This document shows, one piece after another, positions 44,430 through 52,228 of a DNA stretch of 64,000 nucleotides (positions are counted from its first letter, which is position 1; every line of letters begins with the position of its first letter). The position numbers and the translations under genes are program-made. Below the pieces are notes generated by a model. The model was not told where the DNA came from and did no database searches. It worked only from the letters and a program-made list of their open reading frames with translations. Source of the DNA: an uncultured Planctomycetaceae bacterium (GTDB taxonomy: Bacteria; Planctomycetota; Planctomycetia; Pirellulales; PALSA-1355); the NCBI GenBank assembly GCA_963785305.1, contig CAWAUV010000008.1, forward strand, positions 160,001 through 224,000, in the 5' to 3' direction.

Positions 44430-45548
44430 ATGACTCGAATCGTGCTCGCCATGTCCGGAGGCGTCGACAGCAGTGTCGCCGCGGCGCTGCTGCGCGAAGC
44501 GGGCCACGAAGTGATCGGCGTATTCATGCGCCACGGCGAAACTACGGCCAGCGCCTGCTCCCTTCCTTCCGCCGTCGACCCCGCGACTCCGCGCCGCGCC
44601 GCGCTGCCGATCGCCACCCATAAGCAAGGCTGCTGCGGCGCGAGCGACGCCGACGACGCGCGGCGTGTCGCCGCCAAGCTCGATATTCCATTCTACGCGA
44701 TCGATTTTCAAGCCGAGTTCACGCGAATCATCGATTACTTTATCGCCGAATACACCGCTGCTCGCACTCCGAATCCGTGCGTGGTGTGCAACAATTGGTT
44801 GAAGTTCGGCCGGCTGGTGGAATATGCCGACAGCGTGGGCGCCGCGTTTGTCGCCACCGGGCACTATGCCCGAGTTGTGCCGGGCAGCGAAGGGCCGACA
44901 CTCCGCCGCGGCGTCGACGAAGGCAAGGATCAATCGTATGTGCTCTTTGGGCTCGAGCGGCGGTTGCTCGAGCGGATGCTCTTGCCGGTGGGCGACTTTT
45001 GCAAGACCGAGATTCGGCGCCGGGCCGGCGAGTTGGGGCTGCGCGTGGCGGAGAAGCCCGACAGTCAGGAAATCTGCTTCGTGCCCGGCGGCGATCATGC
45101 CGCGTTTATCCATGCTCGACGTGGTCCCTCGGAGCGTGGCGAGATCGTCACCACGAGCGGTGAAGTCGTGGGCCATCACGACGGCATCGAGCGGTTCACC
45201 ATCGGCCAGCGCAAGGGGCTCGGCGTCGCGTTTGGCGAGCCGCGATTCGTGGTGCGGCTCGAAGTCGAATCGCGCCGCGTGGTGATCGGCGAGCGGAGCG
45301 AACTGGCCCGCCGCGAGCTCACCGCCGGCCGGGCCAACTGGCTGATCGCTCCTCCGACCACGCCGCGGCGCTGCTGGGCCAAGATTCGTTACAACAGCCG
45401 GCCAGCCGAGGCAATCGTGGAAACACTGCCCGGCGATCGCTTGCGAGTCGTGTTCGACGAACCTCGCTTGGGCGTGGCGCCGGGGCAAGCGGTGGTATGC
45501 TACGACGGCGATCAGGTGCTGGGCGGCGGATGGATCGAATCGGAATAA
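44430..45548 (+). CDS. mnmA: tRNA 2-thiouridylase MnmA
   Basis: AMSGGVDSS, TPNPCVVCN, ATGHYA, KDQSYVL, DSQEICF, FTIGQRKGL, APGQ. Confidence 0.97.
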   Translation: MTRIVLAMSGGVDSSVAAALLREAGHEVIGVFMRHGETTASACSLPSAVDPATPRRAALPIATHKQGCCGASDADDARRVAAKLDIPFYAIDFQAEFTRIIDYFIAEYTAARTPNPCVVCNNWLKFGRLVEYADSVGAAFVATGHYARVVPGSEGPTLRRGVDEGKDQSYVLFGLERRLLERMLLPVGDFCKTEIRRRAGELGLRVAEKPDSQEICFVPGGDHAAFIHARRGPSERGEIVTTSGEVVGHHDGIERFTIGQRKGLGVAFGEPRFVVRLEVESRRVVIGERSELARRELTAGRANWLIAPPTTPRRCWAKIRYNSRPAEAIVETLPGDRLRVVFDEPRLGVAPGQAVVCYDGDQVLGGGWIESE

Positions 45549-46800
45549 ATGGCCATGCGCGTGTTTGAAAATTGGCTTCCGATACTCCTGGCCGCCGCCC
45601 CGAAGGCGACGCCGGAACAGCCGCAAATCGTCAAAGCGGCCGACGAAATCGCGCACCGCTGGGCCTGGCTCGATCGGGAGGTGATCGCCGGCAATCAAGT
45701 GTGGCGCTTGCTCGGCCTGGCCACGATGCTGCTGCTCGGTCTCATGATCAGCGGGCGCTGGCCCAAGTGCTTGGTGATTTGGCCGAGCGGCTGACTCGCA
45801 TGCGGCGTCCGTTGCTCGCGGCGGCGGCCAAGGCCAGCGGCGCTTCGGTCGGTTGGCTCGTGGCGGCCGTGGGTCTGAAGCTCGGTGTCGAGTTTCTTAA
45901 AATCCCGCAGTTCGAAAATTGGCAGTTCGAGGATTGGATTGCCCGAGTCACGAATGTGCTGCTGGCGGTGGCCGCGGGCTATGTGTTTTATCGGCTGGTC
46001 GATGTGATCGACGCCTGGGTCTTTCGCATCAATGAAAAGAACCCCAGCCGGCTCGACGACATGCTCACCACGCTGCTGCGGGCCAGCATGCGCCGGCGAT
46101 TTTCGTGCTCGTGCTCATTCAAGTGATGATGCTCTGGAGCGACAAACCGGCGGCGAGCATCGTGGCGGGGCTGGGAGTCGGAGGGCTGGCGATCGGCTTG
46201 GCGGCCCAGGATTCGATCAAAAACATCTTCGGCTCGCTGATGATCTTTAGCGATCGTCCGTTCGAGCTCGGCGATGATATCATGATCGACACGCTGCGCG
46301 GCAACGTGGAGCGCGTCGGCTTGAGATCGACCCGGCTGCGCACCACCGACGGTTTTCTCATCACGATGCCCAACAGCGACTTGGCGACCAAGAGCATCGT
46401 GAATGTGAGCAAGCGGCGCTCGATCGTGCGGAATCTGAATTTGCCGCTCAGCTACGCCATGGGACCGGAGAAGATCGAACGGGCCGCGGCGATCGTCACC
46501 GAAATCCTGGCCGATCGCAAGGAGTTGCCGCCGCTCGCGCCGGCCACGGTATCGATCTCCGATCTCACGGCCACGGCGGTGACGCTCAATGTGAACTATC
46601 AAGTCATGCCGCCGATTTGGGACGGCTATGTGAAATTCAATCAATGGGTGCATCTCGAAATTCTACGGCGATTTCGCGATGAAAACATCCAGTTGGCCTA
46701 CCCGACCCAAACCATCGAGCTCCGCTCGCTGGACGAGCAAAATCGCGAATCGCCGATCGGCGAGGTCGAAAACAAGCCGCCGGGCGGCGAAACGACCTGA
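45549..46800 (+). CDS. MscS family mechanosensitive channel; 2 frameshifts
   Basis: AGLGVGGLAIGLAAQD, DRPFELGD, VERVGLRST, MPNS, AYPTQT; shifts near 45760 and 46095. Confidence 0.88.
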
Positions 46801-46936
46801 ATCGCGGCCCGGGGACCGTTGGCCGTAAATTGCCGCGAATTTCCTCGGTCGCTCTCGTTTGCCGCCGATTCGTGTTATGCTGATTCCAAACGAATTTCGG
46901 CCGTCGCCGATAGCCGCTCCTGGGAGTTTTTTCGCC

Positions 46937-47968
46937 ATGCTTGTCACCGTGTCCCCGCTGCTCGCCGCCGATGCGTCGAACGCTTCGATCGGCAGTCTGT
47001 TGATGTTGCTGGCGATCATCGCGCTGGTTCTTTTGCTCTTCGTGGGCGTGATCGTGATGCTCAATTTCGGCAGCCTCTGGGTGCAGGCCTATATGTCCAA
47101 CGCCCGCATTCGCATGCATCAGATCATCGGCATGAGTTTGCGGCAGGTGGTTCCGCGCGTGATCGTGCAGGCCAAGATCATGGCGATGCAGGCCGGAGTC
47201 GGTGGCGACGAACACACCGGCATCACCACCCGGCGGCTCGAAGCCCATTACTTGGCCGGCGGCAATGTGCCGAATGTGATCAATGCGATCATCGCGGCCC
47301 ACCGGGCCGATATCGATCTCGACTTCGACCGCGCCGCCGCCATCGACTTGGCCGGCCGCGATGTGCTCGAGGCGGTGCGAACGAGCGTGTACCCCAAGGT
47401 GATCGACTGCCCCGACCCAAACAGCTCCAAGAAGTCGACGCTGAGCGCCGTCGCGCGCAACGGTGTCGAGCTGCGCGTGAATGCCCGAGTCACGGTGCGC
47501 ACGAATCTCTCGCAATTGATCGGCGGGGCAACCGAGGAGACGATCATTGCCCGCGTGGGCGAGGGGATCATCACCTCGATCGGCTCGGCCGAAAATCATT
47601 TCGTGGTCATGGAAAACCCGGAGCGGATTTCCAAAGCGGTGCTCGAACGCGGGCTCGATGCCCACACCGCGTTTGAAATTGTTTCGATCGACATCGCCGA
47701 TATCGTGATCGGCGAGAATATCGGCGCCCGACTGCAAGTCGACCAAGCCGAGGCCAATACCCGCGTGGCCGGAGCGAGCGCCGAGGGCCGCCGAGCCAAC
47801 GCGATCGCTCGCGAGCAGGAAATGCGAGCGCGCACCGCCGAGAACCGTGCCCGACTGATCCAGGCCGAAGCCGAGATTCCGATGGCGATGGCAGCGGCGA
47901 TTCGCGACGGCCATTTCTACCATGCTGGCCGCGGCGACCTCAATGGCGCTAGCAAGCCCAGTGGCTGA
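46937..47968 (+). CDS. floA: Flotillin-like protein FloA/YqfA family
   Basis: LEAHYLAGGNV, AAAIDLAGRDV, GGATEETIIARVGEG, FEIVSIDIAD; GGGAG RBS. Confidence 0.92.
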   Translation: MLVTVSPLLAADASNASIGSLLMLLAIIALVLLLFVGVIVMLNFGSLWVQAYMSNARIRMHQIIGMSLRQVVPRVIVQAKIMAMQAGVGGDEHTGITTRRLEAHYLAGGNVPNVINAIIAAHRADIDLDFDRAAAIDLAGRDVLEAVRTSVYPKVIDCPDPNSSKKSTLSAVARNGVELRVNARVTVRTNLSQLIGGATEETIIARVGEGIITSIGSAENHFVVMENPERISKAVLERGLDAHTAFEIVSIDIADIVIGENIGARLQVDQAEANTRVAGASAEGRRANAIAREQEMRARTAENRARLIQAEAEIPMAMAAAIRDGHFYHAGRGDLNGASKPSG

Positions 47969-47986
47969 AGCCCAGTGGCTGAAGCC
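47954..47986. repeat. 14-bp perfect tandem duplication over the floA stop
   Basis: AAGCCCAGTGGCTG x2 plus AAGCC. Confidence 0.85.
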
Positions 47987-48018
47987 GATCCGCGACCGGT
48001 TCCAGCCCAAGCGTCCTC

Positions 48019-48147
48019 CCCGCAAGCCTGGAGCGGGAGCGAAGTCGTTGACAAAAGGCCGCCATCCATCGCGCCGGCTCGTCTCAATCGCATAGACTTG
48101 CAGCGCGAACGAAACTATTCCCCGTCGCTGGCGCTCCGGGCTTGTGT
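48019..48147. repeat. REP-like inverted repeat cluster (CAAGCYYGRAGCG..AGCGA family)
   Basis: Copies at 48023-48044, 48094-48114 and inverted 48123-48144; 48019-48044 matches 57581-57606 at 22/26. Confidence 0.65.
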
Positions 48148-48259
48148 TGCCATGCGCGGACCGAGGCGAGCGATGTCCGAGGGATGCGAATGCCCGCGTG
48201 GTAACGCCGCCCGCGAATTCACGAAGCGGATTGGCGATCGCCGGTGGGCTGGCCGTTGA

Positions 48260-49291
48260 TCATAGCCGATTGGGGCGACGTGGTTTTGTCGCGAGCGGCA
48301 GCTCGATCGCACTCGAATTCGCGCGGATCTCGAGTGGCGGCAGGCCCACGATTTCGAAAGTCGACGAGGCGACACGGATACCGGCGGCGCGGATTGCCGC
48401 CAAGATATCGCGGCTCATGGCGTCTTTCAGATCGCGAATTCCGCGCTCCTCGACCACGAACCGCACCGTGAGCTCGACCCAGTTGTCGGTCAGGCGAAAG
48501 TAGACTTTTGGGCTCAAATCGGCGTTTTTCATGAAGTAGCGTCGCCGCAATTGCCCGAGCGCTTGTTCGCCGATGTGTTCGATGTCCACCGTGTGGCGAC
48601 GAGCGACCTCGAGCAAAATTTTCTCGGCCCGCGGATGATCGGCCGCATAGGCGATCGGCAGCCGCATTTCTTCCCAGAGATATGGAAAGTCGCGGGTATA
48701 GTTGTAAACCGGCTCCTCGAAAATCTTGGCGTTCGACACCGTGATGATGCGGCCTGAGTATTGGCGGGCCTCGACCCAAATCGCCGGATCGTCGGCCTGC
48801 ACTTCGGGCGGTTTTCCCATTTCCATGATCGTGGTTTGGATGAATCCAATGGCCACCACATCACCGCGCACGGTACCCATCGTGATTCGGTCGCCGACAT
48901 TGAATGTCTTGCCTTGCAAAAGCACCAAGTAGCCCGCCACGGCCATGATGACTCGCTGCAGGGCAAAGGCGAGGCCGGCAGTGACGAGCCCGAGCGCGGT
49001 TGCGAGCCGCGAGGGGTCGTCGAACCAGATCGAGGCGAATCCGAGCACCAGCAAAATGGTCGTGGCAAGCCGGCCGATTTGCTGAGCCCAAAAGTGCGAT
49101 CTTAGAGCATCCCATCGGCGAAGCGGAATGGACGCCAATCCGCGCACGCTCCGGCCCAGCAGCAGCGCCACGACAATGAAGCCCAACGTGAAGAGGAGCT
49201 TCAGGCCGTTCTCGGCGTTCACTCCCACGAGCTTGACGCCGAAAAGCTCCAAAGCGCGATTCGGTCCGACAAGTCGCACGAAGTCGTCCAT
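48260..49291 (-). CDS. MscS family mechanosensitive channel
   Basis: GLVTAGLAFALQ, FNVGDRI, GRIITVSN, VYNYT. Confidence 0.92.
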   Translation of the reverse strand: MDDFVRLVGPNRALELFGVKLVGVNAENGLKLLFTLGFIVVALLLGRSVRGLASIPLRRWDALRSHFWAQQIGRLATTILLVLGFASIWFDDPSRLATALGLVTAGLAFALQRVIMAVAGYLVLLQGKTFNVGDRITMGTVRGDVVAIGFIQTTIMEMGKPPEVQADDPAIWVEARQYSGRIITVSNAKIFEEPVYNYTRDFPYLWEEMRLPIAYAADHPRAEKILLEVARRHTVDIEHIGEQALGQLRRRYFMKNADLSPKVYFRLTDNWVELTVRFVVEERGIRDLKDAMSRDILAAIRAAGIRVASSTFEIVGLPPLEIRANSSAIELPLATKPRRPNRL

Positions 49292-49337
49292 GGATCGCTG
49301 ATCCCTTGTCGTGAAAAATCCAGACCGCGCGACGAGG

Positions 49338-50030
49338 CTACATCGGCTCCTTGATGCCCGCCCGCAGCAACCACCAGTTGATCGGATAGCTGGTCAAAAA
49401 CCCGGCGAGCATCGCAAGCTGCATCAGGAACCAGAATACGGGGCTCGTCTTCGGGATCTCGGCGCCGAAGACGACAAAAACCATCAAGGCCATAAAACCA
49501 TACATGCCGACTTGCCAAGCCGCCAGGGAGAGCGAATCGGCCTTGAGCGCCGCGGCGAGGCCCTGGGCCGGAGAGAGCTTCCGCATGGGCACGATGGTGA
49601 AATATTGAAACGCGACGCCGAAGATATAGGCCAGCACGAAGTCGACCACCCAGGCGGCAAACAGGCGATGGCCAAACAAACTCATGGGCCAGAAAAACAG
49701 CAGCCATTCGCCCAAGATGTCGGCCAGCGTGCATCCGGCGCCACAATGCGTCGTGGCAAGCGCGGCCGTTTGCCAGAAGGGGCGCGTCTTGGCCGGCATC
49801 GGCCGGCCTTCGCTCTTGAGGCGGCGCATTGCGCCGCGCGTGGTTTCGCGTCCCAAGCGAAAATAGACCGCCAAGCCGATCAGGCCGCCATAAAGGGCCG
49901 TAATCGGCCACACAAGGTTCATCACCCCCATGTGTTGTGGGCCGCGGACGACATCGACCAACACCACCACCGCGCTCATGAGCGCTACCACAAGGAGGAC
50001 CGCGGCGACGATAGTTAGTGGTTCTGGCAT
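49338..50030 (-). CDS. DUF4396-like membrane protein
   Basis: MNLVWPITALY, THCGAGCTLAD, FQYFTIVPM, SYPINWWLLRAGIKEPM. Confidence 0.8.
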   Translation of the reverse strand: MPEPLTIVAAVLLVVALMSAVVVLVDVVRGPQHMGVMNLVWPITALYGGLIGLAVYFRLGRETTRGAMRRLKSEGRPMPAKTRPFWQTAALATTHCGAGCTLADILGEWLLFFWPMSLFGHRLFAAWVVDFVLAYIFGVAFQYFTIVPMRKLSPAQGLAAALKADSLSLAAWQVGMYGFMALMVFVVFGAEIPKTSPVFWFLMQLAMLAGFLTSYPINWWLLRAGIKEPM

Positions 50031-50046
50031 GCGTGTTTCGCGGCGT

Positions 50047-51801
50047 TCACACCACTTCCCGCACTCGGTCGGCAAGCACCGTTTTGATGATCGACTTGCT
50101 GTACTTCTCGCCGCGCACCAGCGCTTTGGCGAAGTGCCAGGCTTGATCGAGCGTGGCGTGGCCAGGCATCGCTGGTTCGTTTGGATCGACCACCGCTTCG
50201 ATGAGCGCCGGCCCGGGATAGGCAAACGCCTCGGCGAGTGTTTGGTCGACTTTGAGTGGATCGTCGACGGAAAAACCGCCCGCTCCGCAAGCCCGCGCAT
50301 AAGCCGCGAAGTCGATCGGCTCAAGGTCGACGCCGAACTCTGGATTGCCTTCGAACACCATCTGCTCCCATTTGATTTGGCCGAGCGTGTTGTTCTTGAT
50401 GACAATCACCTTGACGGGCAGGCGATGCTTCACGAGCGTGGCGATTTCGCCGAGCATCATCGTGAGCCCGCCGTCGCCCACGACCGCCACGACTTGCCGG
50501 CCGGGATAGGCGATCGCCGCGCCGATCGCATAGGGCAACCCATTGCCCATCGTGGCCAGCAGTCCCGAGGCGGAAAACAACATATCGTCGCGCATATCGA
50601 TATACCGCGCGCACCATGTGGTCACCGTGCCGCAATCGCTGGCCACAATCGCGTTTGAGCTGAGAAAACGATTGAGCGCGTGGGCGACCACCTGAGGCTT
50701 GAGCGGCTTGTCGGTCCGGTTGGCGCGGGCCATGAGCAGTTCGCGCCATTGGCGCATGTTTTTCTGGGCCGTTTCCAGGAACGAACGATCCGATTTGCGT
50801 TCGACCAGCGGAAGCAAGGCTTCGAGCACTTCGCGGCAATTGCCCGCGAGTCCCACGTCGACCGGATGCCGCAGGCCGATTCGGGCGGCGTCGAGATCGA
50901 TCTGCACGCATTTGTCCTGGCCCGGCTTGGGGTAAAACTCCATGTAGGGAAAGCTACTGCCAATGATGATCAGGGTGTCGCAGCCTCGCATCGCGTCTTG
51001 CGAGGGCGCGGTGCCCAAGAGGCCGAGTCCGCCGGTCGTATAGGGGCTATCGTCGGGCAACACCGCCTTGCCGAGCAATGCCTTGGCGACCGGCGCCGCG
51101 GCTTTCTCGGCCAATTCGACGAGTAGATCGCGACAGCCAATCGCTCCCCGGCCGGCCAAGATCGCGACCTTCTTGCCGCGATTGATAAGGTCGGCCGCGG
51201 CTTGCATATCGCCGCGCGGCGGCGCCAGGGGTGTGAGAGCCGCGCGATCCGCGCTATGGCCCGGAATGTTTGCCTTGGAATTGGGAAAATCGGAGACCTT
51301 CCAATCCTGAATGTCCTTGGGGATGCATAAATGCGCCACGCCGCGGCGGAACATGGCGGTGCGAATCGCTTCGTCGACCGCGTTGCAAACATGCGCGGGC
51401 CCCGTGATTCGCTCGTTGTACACGGCCACGTCGGCATAGACTTTCGTCAAATCGACGTCCTGTTGGTAATGGGTGCCGATCAAATCGTGAAACGTGTGGC
51501 CGGTAATGGCGAGCACCGGTTGGCCGTCGCATTTGGCGTCGTAGAGCCCGTTGAGCAGGTGGATGCCGCCGGGGCCCGAGGTGGCCATGCACACTCCGAG
51601 GCGGCCAGTGAACTTGGCATAGCCGCAGGCGGCAAAGGCGGCGGCTTCTTCATGCCGCACCTGCACGAACTTGATTTTGTCTTGCCGCGTGCGCAGCGAC
51701 TCGAAGATACCGTTGATTCCATCGCCGGGAAATCCAAAGATCGTGTCAACCTTCCAGTCGATCAAGCGATCGATCAGCAAATCAGCCGCGGTGGTTCCCA
51801 T
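50047..51801 (-). CDS. TPP-dependent enzyme, pyruvate oxidase/dehydrogenase (PoxB-like)
   Basis: FGFPGDGIN, VRHEEAAAF, TSGPGGIHLLNGLYDAK, GDGG...NN TPP motif; AAAGGGAG RBS. Confidence 0.9.
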   Translation of the reverse strand: MGTTAADLLIDRLIDWKVDTIFGFPGDGINGIFESLRTRQDKIKFVQVRHEEAAAFAACGYAKFTGRLGVCMATSGPGGIHLLNGLYDAKCDGQPVLAITGHTFHDLIGTHYQQDVDLTKVYADVAVYNERITGPAHVCNAVDEAIRTAMFRRGVAHLCIPKDIQDWKVSDFPNSKANIPGHSADRAALTPLAPPRGDMQAAADLINRGKKVAILAGRGAIGCRDLLVELAEKAAAPVAKALLGKAVLPDDSPYTTGGLGLLGTAPSQDAMRGCDTLIIIGSSFPYMEFYPKPGQDKCVQIDLDAARIGLRHPVDVGLAGNCREVLEALLPLVERKSDRSFLETAQKNMRQWRELLMARANRTDKPLKPQVVAHALNRFLSSNAIVASDCGTVTTWCARYIDMRDDMLFSASGLLATMGNGLPYAIGAAIAYPGRQVVAVVGDGGLTMMLGEIATLVKHRLPVKVIVIKNNTLGQIKWEQMVFEGNPEFGVDLEPIDFAAYARACGAGGFSVDDPLKVDQTLAEAFAYPGPALIEAVVDPNEPAMPGHATLDQAWHFAKALVRGEKYSKSIIKTVLADRVREVV

Positions 51802-51902
51802 CGTGCAATCTCCCTTTGGACGCCTTGGCCGGTGTGGAAAAACGATGCGGCGAATTCGCCGACAACTTTGGGCGGCGAGTGGTTCGCGAGCGTTTTGCGG
51901 GG

Positions 51903-51918
51903 TGCATTTCCCATGCCG
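51903..51918 (-). promoter_or_regulatory. Putative sigma54 -24/-12 promoter (TPP enzyme operon)
   Basis: CGGCATGGGAAATGCA on minus strand, 103 nt before ATG 51801. Confidence 0.58.
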
Positions 51919-52154
51919 CGCTCGCGCCGAGCGGCTCGCGGATCGCCAGCGGGCGACGCATTCCATGTGAATGCGAAGGTGAAAGATACGTCGCGTATTT
52001 CCATGCGCTACCTCTCTCGTGGCGCATCGATGCGCAGTGTGAGCGCGAAAGCGCCACCCGCATCGCCCAGCGCGAAGAGCTTTTCGCTTCGGAACGATTG
52101 ATTGCGGGTTGCTAACAAGCTGGCATGCTTTCCAAATTGTTATACGCCGCGCCG

Positions 52155-52170
52155 AGGCATGTGAAGTGCT
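52155..52170 (+). promoter_or_regulatory. Putative sigma54 -24/-12 promoter (glucoamylase)
   Basis: AGGCATGTGAAGTGCT, 60 nt before ATG 52229. Confidence 0.58.
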
Positions 52171-52228
52171 CCCTTCAAGTTGGGTCTCCTTGGTTTATCC
52201 AAAACATTTTCGAGAAGGAATCCCCGCC

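Noticed and set aside
46820..46834. Sigma54-like TGGCCGTAAATTGCC upstream of floA
   Set aside because: 9-nt spacing; an extended -10 (TGTTATGCT near 46873) is an equally good explanation.
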